Shown: positions 21,798-31,906 of the stretch, piece after piece
Numbering within the stretch: the stretch's first letter is position 1
How the letters are laid out: each line of letters opens with the position of its first letter
Origin: Prochlorococcus marinus subsp. pastoris str. CCMP1986
GTDB taxonomy: Bacteria > Cyanobacteriota > Cyanobacteriia > PCC-6307 > Cyanobiaceae
Length of the DNA stretch: 32,000 nucleotides
Direction of reading: 5' to 3'
Assembly (NCBI RefSeq): GCF_000011465.1
Contig: NC_005072.1
Location: forward strand, 1,625,991-1,657,990
Position numbers and translations under genes: made by a program
The notes under the pieces: generated by a model
Told to the model about the DNA's origin: nothing
The model's database searches: none
Seen by the model: the letters and a program-made list of their open reading frames with translations, nothing else

Positions 21798-22061
21798 ATG
21801 AGTTTCTTTACTTGGAAGGATGATGGCTTAACAAGTGACTGTGTCAGTCTTGATGCAATGGCATCTCGATTTGAAGAAACAGCTAAGCTAATAAAAAAAT
21901 TATCTGAAAAAGGCTTTAAATTAAAAAAAACGCAAAAGCATCAGTTAATCATTCATTCTGATCCACAAATTTTTGATCAATGGGGTTTTATAAGTGAGGA
22001 ACTACCTTTCAAACAACTTTCTTTAATTCCTGATGATGAAACTATTGTCGATTTTTCATAG
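21798..22061 (+). CDS. hypothetical protein (87 aa)
   Basis: ATG start 10 nt after the mraY stop, with a non-repetitive, balanced composition. No recognisable family. The 3' 85 nt overlap the sps 3' end on the opposite strand. Confidence 0.45.
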   Translation: MSFFTWKDDGLTSDCVSLDAMASRFEETAKLIKKLSEKGFKLKKTQKHQLIIHSDPQIFDQWGFISEELPFKQLSLIPDDETIVDFS

Positions 22062-23383
22062 TGGCCTTGCAAGATTGATAGATAATTTCTGACATGAGTA
22101 TTCCAACTAAAATGTCTATGGACTCCTTCGATTCCATTTCTACTCCATAACTTCCATTGAGAACTATTTGAAATACCTTTTTCAAGAGCAATTTTCAACT
22201 GATTAATGTCAGTTACATTTACTAATAAGCCATTTTCACATTTTGCATGAATTTCATTAGGACCTCCATCATCTGTAGCAATAATTGGTAAACCACATGA
22301 AGAAGCTTCAAGTAATGTTAATCCAAAAGGTTCTGTTAATGCAGGATTGACAAAAATTCCTCCACTACTAGCTGCCCATCTATATATAGAAGGAATATTT
22401 GCTGGAGAGTGTTTTTTGGGATAGGCCACTTTTCCATATAAATTATATTTGTCTATCATTTCAAAAATCTTTTGGAAAACATCTCTTTGTTGAGAATCAA
22501 GTTTAAATGTATTGTCCCTACAACCTAAAACTAAAACTAAGTTAGTTTTTCTTTTTAATTTTTCTGATCGTCCATAAGCTTCTACTAAAGAAGGAATATT
22601 TTTTCTTCTTACTGCTCTAGAAATAGCCAAAATAGGAGGCTTTCTTATATCTTTCAAAAAAGGAATCATCATATTATCAATTTCAGAGGTCTCGGTTGTT
22701 GAATGAATATGATGAAACTTAGTATGATCAACTCCAGGAGCAATAACTTTTGATTTTTCGGATGAAAAAGAGTGATATTGAGAATATTGAGATACAGATT
22801 CTTGTTTAGTGCTTGTCACAACGATATCCGCATATTTTAAAGACTCTTCTTCTGCATTAATTCTTTCGCTTATACAGTAAAGCTTTTCAATTTGATTAAT
22901 TTTTAAACCAGCCTCGAGTAATTTTCTTTTTTTCTCTCTTCCTAAAGAATGCCCGGTGAAAATAAAAGGTACTTTTAAAGCTTGACTTAATCTAACGCCC
23001 ACATAGCCAGCATCTGCATAATGAGCATGGATAAAGCTTGGCTTATTTTCGTATTTTTGATAATGCTGAATAAGATTTTGAGTTAATTCATCTAAATAAG
23101 GCCAAAATAATTCTTTTCTTAAATACTTATTGGGTCCAAATTGAAATCTTAAAATTCGTGCTCCCGGTGCAATAAATTCTTGCTTTTTTGAATAAGAACT
23201 ATCAATTTTACTATCTTTAATGAGACGTGTAACTATATCAACTTGATCAACCTCTGAAGTATTAGCCAAGCTTTTTACCAATTCCAAAACATATTGCGTT
23301 TGACCACCAGTGTCTGAATCTCTACCTAATTCAAGATTATTAGAACGTATTAAACCATGCAAATGTAAATATAAAAATTTCAA
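21977..23383 (-). CDS. sps: sucrose-phosphate synthase, glycosyltransferase domain only
   Basis: The N-terminus LHLHGLIRSNNLELGRDSDTGGQTQYVLEL is the signature SPS start. GT-B EX7E context is TEPFGLTLLEASSCGLPI. At 468 aa it has no C-terminal phosphatase-like domain. TTG start. Confidence 0.88.
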   Translation of the reverse strand: MKFLYLHLHGLIRSNNLELGRDSDTGGQTQYVLELVKSLANTSEVDQVDIVTRLIKDSKIDSSYSKKQEFIAPGARILRFQFGPNKYLRKELFWPYLDELTQNLIQHYQKYENKPSFIHAHYADAGYVGVRLSQALKVPFIFTGHSLGREKKRKLLEAGLKINQIEKLYCISERINAEEESLKYADIVVTSTKQESVSQYSQYHSFSSEKSKVIAPGVDHTKFHHIHSTTETSEIDNMMIPFLKDIRKPPILAISRAVRRKNIPSLVEAYGRSEKLKRKTNLVLVLGCRDNTFKLDSQQRDVFQKIFEMIDKYNLYGKVAYPKKHSPANIPSIYRWAASSGGIFVNPALTEPFGLTLLEASSCGLPIIATDDGGPNEIHAKCENGLLVNVTDINQLKIALEKGISNSSQWKLWSRNGIEGVHRHFSWNTHVRNYLSILQGHYEKSTIVSSSGIKESCLKGSSSLIKPH

Positions 23384-23584
23384 ACTAATTTAGGATTTCA
23401 AATTACCCTATTACTAATAAGATATATATTAACGTAGAAATATAAAGAAAACATTATGATTTTTTATTTTAAAAAAGTTATAACTACTAAAAGTCAAACT
23501 ATCATTAATTTTTTACCACTTAAAAAAAAAATAATTTTACAAATTAAATATTAACAATACGAAGAAATATAACTGATTATAAGC

Positions 23585-26485
23585 TTAATTTAAAGCTTCT
23601 TTTAAATATTTAGCTGTATAACTTATTGGATGCTTCGCAACATCTTCAGGTGTACCCTCAACTATAACTTCTCCACCTTTATCACCTCCATCAGGTCCAA
23701 GATCAATTATCCAGTCTGAACATCTAATAACGTCCAAATTATGCTCAATGACAACTACGGAATTACCTTTATCTACTAAACGTTGAATAACATCCATTAA
23801 TTTATGAACATCATAAAAGCTTAACCCAGTTGTTGGCTCATCAATTAAATATAAAGTTTTTCCAGTAGCTCTTTTAGATAATTCAGTTGCTAATTTTACT
23901 CTTTGTGCTTCGCCGCCAGATAGTGTTGGAGCTGGCTGGCCCAACTTCACGTAACCAAGACCTACATCAACTAATGTAGATAATCTATCAGCTGCTTGAG
24001 GGATCGCGGAAAAAGTTTCTGCAGCCTGCTCAACAGTCATTTCTAAAACATCAGAAATATTAAAGCCTTTGTATTTAACTTGAAGAGTTTCTCTATTAAA
24101 ACGAGCTCCCTTACATACATCGCATTGAACATAGACATCGGGTAAAAAATTCATTTCAATTACATTTACTCCTTGTCCTCGACAAGCTTCACATCTACCT
24201 CCTTTTACATTAAAGCTGAATTGCCCAGCTTGATAACCTCTGGCTTTAGCTTCTACAGTCGCAGTAAATAACTGTCTAATTGGATCAAAAGCCCCTGTAT
24301 AAGTTGCAGGGTTTGATCTAGGAGTTCTTCCAATAGGAGATTGATCAATAACAATTACCTTATCTATAGCTTTTATCCCTTTTAACTCTTTAACACCTTT
24401 AGGGAAAGGTACTTTTAAACCAAGAGAATGACTAAGCGCAGGATGTAATAATTCATTAACTAATGTACTTTTTCCACTTCCACTCACTCCGGTTACGGAA
24501 ACTAATCTGCCCAAAGGAAATTCAACTGATATATCTTTTAAATTATTTTTAACGCAGTTATTTAAAATTAAACTTTTCTTGACTGAAGATCTACGTTCTT
24601 TAGGAGTAGGAATCGATTTTCTTCCACTGAGATATGCTCCAGTTAATGACTTCTTTGAATTTAAAACATCTTCAAATGAACCTTTTGCAATAATTTCCCC
24701 TCCATAAACTCCTGCACCTGGTCCAATATCCACTAAGTAATCAGCTGATTTCATAGTATCTTCATCATGTTCAACAACAACAAGAGTATTTCCCAAATCT
24801 CTGAGATTTTTTAAAGTTTCCAGTAATTTATCATTATCTCTTTGGTGTAAACCAATACTAGGTTCATCCAATACATATAAAACACCAGTTAAGCCAGCTC
24901 CAATTTGAGTTGCTAATCTTATACGTTGTGCTTCTCCTCCTGATAAAGTCATTGCTGGTCTATCTAAAGTTAAATAATCTAAACCGACATTAATAAGAAA
25001 CTTTAAACGCAGGCGAATTTCTTTTAAAACTAGTTCACCTATTTGTTTTTGTTTCTCGGATAAAGAAATATTTTCTTTTATATTTTTACTTAACCCCATT
25101 ATTTTCTCGATATTAAATAAAGTTTCTGAGATACTTATAGAGGTCAAATCAGTAATACTGTAAGGCCCAATCTTAACGGCAAGTGCTTCTGGTTTTAATC
25201 TTTTACCAGAACATGTTTTACAAGGGACTAATTCTAAATATTTTTCAAGCTTTTGCTTGACTGATTCTCCATTAGTTTCGGTTAATTGCCTTTCTAAAAT
25301 AGGCAAGATTCCTTCAAAAGGTCTTTCGAAACCACTAGTACCCTTAAAACGACTATCAGCTTGAATTACGATTGGCTTATCAGAACCAGAAAGTAAAACA
25401 TTTTTTTGTAAATCACTCAAATCTTTCCATGGTGTTTTTAATTCAAAACCATAAGCTTGGCCAACTGAATAAAGTAATGAAAAATAATAAGTATTATCTT
25501 TTTCACTCCAAGGAGCTATGGCAGCATAAACAGGTAAAGAAGGGTCAGGTATTACTCTATCTGCAGTAAATTTTTTTAAATATCCAATACCATGGCAATC
25601 AGGGCAGGCACCGTAGGGACTGTTAAAAGAAAATAGTCTTGGAGACAACTCTTCGACAATAGATCCATGAATTGGACATGCATAATTCTCTGAATATAAC
25701 TTTTCTTTATCTAGATTCGGAGGTAGAGTTTCGCCTTTTTTTGGAACAACTTCTACGATAGAGAGTCCATCCCCTCTTTTAAGGCAAGTTTGTAAAGAGT
25801 CATTCAATCTTTCCTGAATTCCCTCTCTCGCAATCAATCGATCAACTACTACCTCAATATTATGAGTATGGTTTTTGTCTAGTTCAATACTATCTGCAAG
25901 TTCCCTTACCTCACCATTAATTCTTACTCGAGCAAAGCCTTCTGCTGCTAATCCACTAAGTAATTTTGCATGAGTTCCTTTTTTACCCCTCACAACAGGT
26001 GCAAGTAATTGATATCTTGTTCCTTCGGGCAGCAAAACTATTTGATCAACCATCTCATCAATTGTCTGCGGAGCAATAGGTAGACCACAGTGGTGACAAT
26101 GGGGTTCTCCGGCTCGACCAAATAATAATCTTAAATAATCTTGTATCTCAGTTACAGTTCCAACAGTTGATCGAGGATTATGGCTCGTTGATTTTTGATC
26201 TATGGATATAGCAGGGGATAAGCCCTCAATATTATCTACATCTGGTTTATCAACTTGACCTAAAAATTGTCTTGCATAAGCAGAAAGACTTTCTACATAT
26301 CTCCTCTGTCCTTCAGCAAAAATAGTATCAAAAGCCAAAGAGCTCTTACCACTTCCACTAACACCTGTAAAAACAATAAATTTATTTCTTGGAAGAGTTA
26401 GATCTATATTCTTTAAATTATGTTGTCGAGCGCCTCGAATCTTAATTGAATTATCTTCATTAATACCTATATTTTTTTTAACCAT
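23585..26485 (-). CDS. uvrA: excinuclease ABC subunit A
   Basis: 966 aa with two ABC ATPase modules (GVSGSGKSSLAFDT; GVSGSGKSTLVNE; two LSGGEAQR signatures) and CxxC zinc modules. Confidence 0.97.
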   Translation of the reverse strand: MVKKNIGINEDNSIKIRGARQHNLKNIDLTLPRNKFIVFTGVSGSGKSSLAFDTIFAEGQRRYVESLSAYARQFLGQVDKPDVDNIEGLSPAISIDQKSTSHNPRSTVGTVTEIQDYLRLLFGRAGEPHCHHCGLPIAPQTIDEMVDQIVLLPEGTRYQLLAPVVRGKKGTHAKLLSGLAAEGFARVRINGEVRELADSIELDKNHTHNIEVVVDRLIAREGIQERLNDSLQTCLKRGDGLSIVEVVPKKGETLPPNLDKEKLYSENYACPIHGSIVEELSPRLFSFNSPYGACPDCHGIGYLKKFTADRVIPDPSLPVYAAIAPWSEKDNTYYFSLLYSVGQAYGFELKTPWKDLSDLQKNVLLSGSDKPIVIQADSRFKGTSGFERPFEGILPILERQLTETNGESVKQKLEKYLELVPCKTCSGKRLKPEALAVKIGPYSITDLTSISISETLFNIEKIMGLSKNIKENISLSEKQKQIGELVLKEIRLRLKFLINVGLDYLTLDRPAMTLSGGEAQRIRLATQIGAGLTGVLYVLDEPSIGLHQRDNDKLLETLKNLRDLGNTLVVVEHDEDTMKSADYLVDIGPGAGVYGGEIIAKGSFEDVLNSKKSLTGAYLSGRKSIPTPKERRSSVKKSLILNNCVKNNLKDISVEFPLGRLVSVTGVSGSGKSTLVNELLHPALSHSLGLKVPFPKGVKELKGIKAIDKVIVIDQSPIGRTPRSNPATYTGAFDPIRQLFTATVEAKARGYQAGQFSFNVKGGRCEACRGQGVNVIEMNFLPDVYVQCDVCKGARFNRETLQVKYKGFNISDVLEMTVEQAAETFSAIPQAADRLSTLVDVGLGYVKLGQPAPTLSGGEAQRVKLATELSKRATGKTLYLIDEPTTGLSFYDVHKLMDVIQRLVDKGNSVVVIEHNLDVIRCSDWIIDLGPDGGDKGGEVIVEGTPEDVAKHPISYTAKYLKEALN

Positions 26486-26517
26486 GCTTAAATCTTAAAA
26501 TGATTTAAAGAACACTT

Positions 26518-26523
26518 ATTATA
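26518..26523 (-). promoter_or_regulatory. consensus -10 hexamer (TATAAT) in the 54-nt recN-uvrA spacer; candidate uvrA promoter
   Basis: The minus strand reads TTTACACTATAATAAGTGT. The TATAAT lies about 32 nt upstream of the uvrA ATG (26485). No good -35 is seen. Confidence 0.3.
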
Positions 26524-26539
26524 GTGTAAATTTTTTAAA

Positions 26540-28237
26540 TTATGCGGCTGCTCTATCTATAAGTGTCGATGCATAATTATTTGCTTCACTAAAACCGCCA
26601 CCTATAAGTTCAATTAACTCATTTTGTCTTTCTTTTTTAGTAATTAATTTCGTTATAGAAGTAAAGGTTATTCCATTAATAACATTTTTCTTAACTTTAA
26701 AATGAGTATTGCCGGTTGCTGCTAAAAAAGGCTGATGAGTGATACACAAAACCTGCCTTTCCTGTGCAGTCAATTTTATTAAATCCACTAAAGAATGTAA
26801 TGATTTTCCACTTAAACCATTATCAATTTCATCTAAGAAAAAAGTGTTAGGTTTTTGAGAAATGCTAGATTTTATTGCTAATAAAAATCTTGACATTTCA
26901 CCACCAGAAATAACTTTAGATAATGGAGCCAACTTTTGATCAGGATTTGCAGAAAAAAGGAAGTCTATATTTTCATTGCCTTCTGAAGAAGCTGTAACTT
27001 TTGAGAATTTAATTGAAAAATCTGCATTTTCTAAACCTAAATTTTTCAAAATAGAAATTACAGAATCTTGAAGCTGATAAGCAGTTTTTCTTCTTTGAAA
27101 AGACTGCACCTCAAAAAGAGTATTTAAATTAGCTTGCGAATTATTAATTTGAATATCCAACGTCTTAATCTCTTCCTCAAATAAATTTGTATCTACAAAT
27201 TTTTTTAATTCATCTTTCTTCAAAATCAATTTTGGTAGTTCTAAAGAAAAAGTTCGCTCTAAATTTTGCAAATAAAATAATCTTTTTTGAATTTCTTCCA
27301 AACTAATATCCTCATTCTCAAGTTCTTCCGAATATTCTGTTAAAGCAAAAATTAAATTTTCTACATCACTTTGAATATTCATCAAATTTTCATATAAATC
27401 TTTAATCTTTGAATCATATTGAACTACTTTGCTTAATTGTTTTATTGATTGAGCAATTAAATAACTAATTGATGGAGCCTCATTTTTATAGCTATTTAAA
27501 TTATCAAGTGATAATTGTATAGAGTTATTGATATCAAAATTATTCGAAAGTCGCAGTTCCTTTGATTGTAATTCAAAAATTTCATTACCTGAATTTAAAT
27601 TAGCTTCCTCCAATACTTTATACATCTCTTTAATTACAAAATTATTTTCTTCTTTCTGTTTATATGAGTGCATCATATCTTGTCTTCTTTTTCTAAGATT
27701 CTGAAATTCTTGCCACATATTTTTAATTTCAAAATTTATCGTCTTTAATTCTTTGGAACCTAAATCATCAATTATTGATCTTCTATAGTCTTGATTATCA
27801 TATAAAACGCTATCAGATTGTCCAGCAAAATCTACTAATAATAAACCTAACTCTTCCAAAAGCTTTTTACTGATAGAAAAATTATTTATAGTATATTTTG
27901 AAAGAATTTTATTATTTTTTATGTAAGATTTTCTTTTTACGAATATTTCTCCTGAGATTTTATAAAAACCATTTTTCGAAAACCAATCAGTGACTTGAGA
28001 AGAATTTGAAAATTTCGCCTCGATTAAACATTCTTCTTTTCCTGGACGTATTAAGTGATTTAAAGGTATATTAGATCCACCGAATAAAACATTTAAGGAG
28101 TCTAAAATCAAGGATTTTCCTGATCCTGAATCTCCAGTAAAAATATTCAAACCTTTTTCGAAATTAATTTCTATAATCTCTATTAAGGCAATATTTTTTA
28201 AAGTTAATTGTATTAACATGATAATTCTTTCATACAA
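26540..28237 (-). CDS. recN: DNA repair protein RecN (SMC-like ATPase)
   Basis: Walker A is TGDSGSGKSLILDSL. A long coiled-coil middle is followed by C-terminal SGGEMSRFLLAIK and FFLDEIDNGLSG. The second ATG at 28219 (MLIQLTLKNIALIE) matches the usual RecN N-terminus better than 28237. Confidence 0.9.
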   Translation of the reverse strand: MYERIIMLIQLTLKNIALIEIIEINFEKGLNIFTGDSGSGKSLILDSLNVLFGGSNIPLNHLIRPGKEECLIEAKFSNSSQVTDWFSKNGFYKISGEIFVKRKSYIKNNKILSKYTINNFSISKKLLEELGLLLVDFAGQSDSVLYDNQDYRRSIIDDLGSKELKTINFEIKNMWQEFQNLRKRRQDMMHSYKQKEENNFVIKEMYKVLEEANLNSGNEIFELQSKELRLSNNFDINNSIQLSLDNLNSYKNEAPSISYLIAQSIKQLSKVVQYDSKIKDLYENLMNIQSDVENLIFALTEYSEELENEDISLEEIQKRLFYLQNLERTFSLELPKLILKKDELKKFVDTNLFEEEIKTLDIQINNSQANLNTLFEVQSFQRRKTAYQLQDSVISILKNLGLENADFSIKFSKVTASSEGNENIDFLFSANPDQKLAPLSKVISGGEMSRFLLAIKSSISQKPNTFFLDEIDNGLSGKSLHSLVDLIKLTAQERQVLCITHQPFLAATGNTHFKVKKNVINGITFTSITKLITKKERQNELIELIGGGFSEANNYASTLIDRAAA

Positions 28238-28288
28238 AAAAATTAACTCCTTTTTGAGGAAAATAAAAGGGTTTAAATAAATAAAGTT

Positions 28289-30145
28289 ATGAATGAAGAT
28301 TATAAAGATTTTATAGAAGCATCAGGATTACTAAAATATGATCCTGCAATAATTTCAAAAATTTATCAAAAAAATCCTAGTCGACTATTAAAAAGACTTT
28401 GGCAGACCTTAATCCCAATATTTTTATATATTATTTCAGTTGGATGGGATAAATTAACAGGACAATTAAAAAAAGAATCAAAAGCAAGATTTAGAGCAAA
28501 ACAACTAACGAATTTATTAGTAGAATTAGGGCCTGCATTCGTTAAAGCAGGGCAAGCTTTATCAACCAGACCAGATATTATTCCTGTTATTCTTCTTGAA
28601 GAACTTTCTGAACTTCAAGATCAATTACCAGGATTTGATGGAAATAAAGCAATGGAATTAATAGAAGAAGATTTAAATAAAAAAATTGATGAGATTTTTT
28701 TAACCATAGATAAAGACCCTATTTCTGCAGCATCTTTAGGACAAGTTCATAAAGCTGTTCTAAAGAATAAAGAAATCGTAGCTGTAAAAGTTCAAAGGCC
28801 AGGTTTAAGAGAACAAATCACACTTGATTTATATATAGTTAGGAATATTGCTAATTGGTTAAAAAATAATATTGGACTTATAAGAAGTGATCTTGTCGCT
28901 TTAATTGATGAGTTAGGAAAGAGAGTTTTTGAAGAAATGGATTATTTAAATGAAGCTGAAAATGCTGAAAAATTTAGAAATCTGCATCTCCATAACTCAA
29001 AAATTGCTGTACCAAAAATTTATAAAGAAACTACTTCACGAAGAGTCTTAACAATGGAATGGATAGATGGGACAAAGCTAACTAATCTTGAGGGCGTTAA
29101 AAATTTAGGAATTGATCCTGATGAAATGATTGAAATTGGAGTGCAATGTAGTTTAGAGCAATTATTAGAGCATGGATTTTTTCATGCTGACCCACATCCA
29201 GGAAATTTGTTAGCTTTAAAAGATGGCAGATTATGTTATTTAGATTTCGGGATGATGAGTGAAGTTTCTAGGAGTTCCAGATCTGGTTTAATTCAAGCAG
29301 TAGTTCATCTTGTAAATAAAAATTTTGATAAATTATCCCAAGATTTTGTTAAGTTAGGTTTTCTTTCAAAAGAAGTTAATCTTGAACCTATTGTTCCAGC
29401 TTTTCAAGATGTATTTGTAAATGCAGTAGAACTTGGTGTATCAAAAATGGATTTCAAAAGTGTAACTGACGACATGTCAGGGGTAATGTATAAATTTCCC
29501 TTTCAGTTACCTCCATATTATGCTCTTATAATTAGATCTCTACTAACGTTAGAAGGAATTGCTTTAAGTGTAGATCCTGATTTTAAAATACTTGGTGCAG
29601 CTTATCCTTATTTTGCAAGAAGATTAATGGAAGACCCTGATCCTCAATTAAGAGAAAGTTTAAAAGAAATGCTTTTTGATAAAAAACAATTTAAATGGGA
29701 CAGATTAGAAGATTTACTCTCTAATGCTGCAAAACAAACGAACCTCGATTTAGAAAAACTTCTTGATGAAGTTATAAATCTTCTATTTTCTCCAAAAGGG
29801 GGATTTCTAAGAGATGAGATTATTAATGGTTTAACTAGCCAAATAGATTTGATAGGCTTGAAGTTATTAAAAAGCGTCAATAATTTCCTTCCTAAATCAA
29901 TAAAATTAAATGTTGATAAAGAAAACAACAATTTAAATGATTTAATATTGTCTATTGAACCCTTCAAAAACTTTTTAGAAATCATACAAAAGATACCAGG
30001 TTATTCTATTGATATCTTTTTAAAAAGAATGCCAAGACTTATAAGTGAACCATATACAAAAGAAATGAGTTTTAAAATAGCGAAAAAGGTGACAGAAAAA
30101 GGTGTAGTCAGGCTTGTAAAAATTGCTGCTGGTTCAACAATATAA
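28289..30145 (+). CDS. ABC1/UbiB-family atypical protein kinase
   Basis: 618 aa with ASLGQVHKA, VAVKVQRPG and FFHADPHPGNL motifs of the ABC1 (AarF/UbiB) kinase family. Confidence 0.88.
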   Translation: MNEDYKDFIEASGLLKYDPAIISKIYQKNPSRLLKRLWQTLIPIFLYIISVGWDKLTGQLKKESKARFRAKQLTNLLVELGPAFVKAGQALSTRPDIIPVILLEELSELQDQLPGFDGNKAMELIEEDLNKKIDEIFLTIDKDPISAASLGQVHKAVLKNKEIVAVKVQRPGLREQITLDLYIVRNIANWLKNNIGLIRSDLVALIDELGKRVFEEMDYLNEAENAEKFRNLHLHNSKIAVPKIYKETTSRRVLTMEWIDGTKLTNLEGVKNLGIDPDEMIEIGVQCSLEQLLEHGFFHADPHPGNLLALKDGRLCYLDFGMMSEVSRSSRSGLIQAVVHLVNKNFDKLSQDFVKLGFLSKEVNLEPIVPAFQDVFVNAVELGVSKMDFKSVTDDMSGVMYKFPFQLPPYYALIIRSLLTLEGIALSVDPDFKILGAAYPYFARRLMEDPDPQLRESLKEMLFDKKQFKWDRLEDLLSNAAKQTNLDLEKLLDEVINLLFSPKGGFLRDEIINGLTSQIDLIGLKLLKSVNNFLPKSIKLNVDKENNNLNDLILSIEPFKNFLEIIQKIPGYSIDIFLKRMPRLISEPYTKEMSFKIAKKVTEKGVVRLVKIAAGSTI

Positions 30146-30721
30146 ATGAAATTTTCAAAAAGTTTATTTCCTAGAATTTTTTTAATATTATTTATTAATC
30201 AAATATTTTTTAATGTTCCAAAAGCTCAATCTGCGGAAAAAATTAAAATTATATACAGTATTTTTTCAAGAACAGTAACTGTCGATTCTTTAAAAACTTT
30301 CGCTGAAAGCGGTAATTCATCAAAATCATTAAGAAAAATTTTAAATGCAACTGATTCTTCAGATGAAAAGATTCAATCAATATTAAATAACGAATTTGAA
30401 ATACCTATAACTATTGCAAGTAAATTAGTATATTCCGAAATAGGTAATGTTTTTTTAAATAGACTTTCATCTATACTTCACACCCCTAACACCAATGATG
30501 AAAGAACAGGTATGTTAGCCCTCAGATCTAGTATTATAAAAGGTTTATATACTGGGAACGGAAAAATAAATCTTGTAAGTTTTTTTGAAAGTTATCCAAC
30601 TAAAACTGTTATTTTAAACGTAAACGCTTTGAGTAAAGTTATGAATAAAGTACAATCAATATCAGAATTATTAGATTTCTTTACTAGCAAGCCCTTAGAA
30701 AAGATCAAAACAATTAAGTAA
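30146..30721 (+). CDS. secreted/periplasmic hypothetical protein, DUF1400-like
   Basis: 191 aa. The ATG immediately abuts the upstream TAA. The N-terminal hydrophobic signal-like segment is [24 protein letters not shown]. The body resembles what I recall of the cyanobacterial DUF1400 domain. The family call is tentative. Confidence 0.5.
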   Translation: MKFSKSLFPRIFLILFINQIFFNVPKAQSAEKIKIIYSIFSRTVTVDSLKTFAESGNSSKSLRKILNATDSSDEKIQSILNNEFEIPITIASKLVYSEIGNVFLNRLSSILHTPNTNDERTGMLALRSSIIKGLYTGNGKINLVSFFESYPTKTVILNVNALSKVMNKVQSISELLDFFTSKPLEKIKTIK

Positions 30722-30723
30722 CT

Positions 30724-31827
30724 ATGTCAATATTAAATAAAATTAAAAACAAATTTTCTTTTAATTACAGAAAAAAAAGATGGCCAGGATTAATCAATGC
30801 ATATAAACAATATCTACCAGTTTCCTCTAAAACTCCCATCATATCCTTAAATGAAGGAAATACTCCTCTTATTCTCAGCAAATCAATTAGTGATTTAATT
30901 GGAAACGATACTAAAGTTTATTTAAAATATGATGGTCTTAACCCCACTGGTTCTTTCAAGGACAGAGGTATGACGATGGCGATAAGTAAAGCAAAGGAGG
31001 AAGGACGTGAAGCGGTAATATGCGCTAGTACAGGAAATACTTCTGCAGCTGCAGCGGCTTATGCTTCAAGAGGTGGTTTAAAATCTTATGTATTAATTCC
31101 AGATGGATATGTAGCTCAAGGAAAACTTGCTCAAGCTTTAATGTACGGAGCAGAAATCATATCTATACAAGGTAATTTTGATAAAGCTTTAGAAATTGTC
31201 AGGAAGTTGTCTTCCGAATATCCGATTAATCTTGTAAATTCTGTAAATCCTTACCGAATACAAGGTCAAAAGACTGCAGCATTTGAAATAGTAGATGACT
31301 TAGGTATTGCTCCTGATTGGCTATGTATACCAATGGGTAATGCGGGTAATATAACCGCTTATTGGTTGGGTTTTAAAGAATATGCAAAAATTAAGAAAAA
31401 TTTAAAATTGCCATTAATGATGGGATTTCAATCTGAAGGATCTGCACCTTTAGTGAAAAATATTATAGTTCAAGATCCTGAAACAATCGCGACAGCTATT
31501 CGAATTGGAAATCCTGTAAATAGAGATAAAGCAAAAATCGTTAAAAAAGAAAGTAAAGGAGATTTTCAATCTGTAACTGACGAAGAGATTATTGTAGCTT
31601 ATAAAATGCTTGCAAAAGAAGGTATTTTCTGTGAACCAGCAAGCGCAGCTTCAGTGGCGGGACTTATTAAAAATAAAAACAGAATAAAAAAAGAATCAAC
31701 AATAGTTTGTGTATTAACAGGAAATGGATTAAAAGATCCGGATTGTGCGATTAAAAATAACGATGCTATATTTCAGAAAAATATTGAACCTTCGTTAAAA
31801 AACATAACAAAAATTTTGGGATACTAA
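30724..31827 (+). CDS. thrC: threonine synthase
   Basis: 367 aa. The PLP-lysine motif is [23 protein letters not shown] and the GNAGN loop are typical of short-form ThrC. Confidence 0.93.
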   Translation: MSILNKIKNKFSFNYRKKRWPGLINAYKQYLPVSSKTPIISLNEGNTPLILSKSISDLIGNDTKVYLKYDGLNPTGSFKDRGMTMAISKAKEEGREAVICASTGNTSAAAAAYASRGGLKSYVLIPDGYVAQGKLAQALMYGAEIISIQGNFDKALEIVRKLSSEYPINLVNSVNPYRIQGQKTAAFEIVDDLGIAPDWLCIPMGNAGNITAYWLGFKEYAKIKKNLKLPLMMGFQSEGSAPLVKNIIVQDPETIATAIRIGNPVNRDKAKIVKKESKGDFQSVTDEEIIVAYKMLAKEGIFCEPASAASVAGLIKNKNRIKKESTIVCVLTGNGLKDPDCAIKNNDAIFQKNIEPSLKNITKILGY

Positions 31828-31849
31828 CTAAACCAAAAATAAAAGTGAC

Positions 31850-31858
31850 TGTGGAAAT
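31850..31858 (-). promoter_or_regulatory. DnaA-box-like 9-mer (ATTTCCACA on minus strand)
   Basis: 8/9 match to TTWTNCACA, and 8/9 to the TTTTCCACA variant reported for cyanobacteria. It lies in non-coding DNA after thrC. Confidence 0.3.
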
Positions 31859-31906
31859 AATTAAATACTCCTAAAGAAACTGTTGAAAAACCATCGAAAA
31901 AAAACC

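Noticed and set aside
23456-23554. 32-codon plus-strand ORF (MIFYFKKVITTKSQ...) inside the uvrA-sps spacer
   Set aside because: The composition (Ile/Lys/Phe/Tyr) is what random AT-rich DNA encodes. There is no ribosome-binding site, and it lies on the strand opposite both flanking genes.
26512-26527. Inverted repeat ACACT-N6-AGTGT overlapping the candidate uvrA -10 box; considered as a LexA/SOS operator
   Set aside because: Five-bp arms in a 54-nt AT-rich spacer are about as likely as not by chance. The site does not match the cyanobacterial LexA consensus I recall (RGTACNNNDGTWCB). No similar element is present upstream of recN (28238-28288).
31867-31872. ACTCCT resembling the start of the conserved Yfr1 sRNA element ACUCCUCACAC
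   Set aside because: Only the first 6 of 11 nt match, and there are no flanking stem-loops of the kind Yfr1 has.
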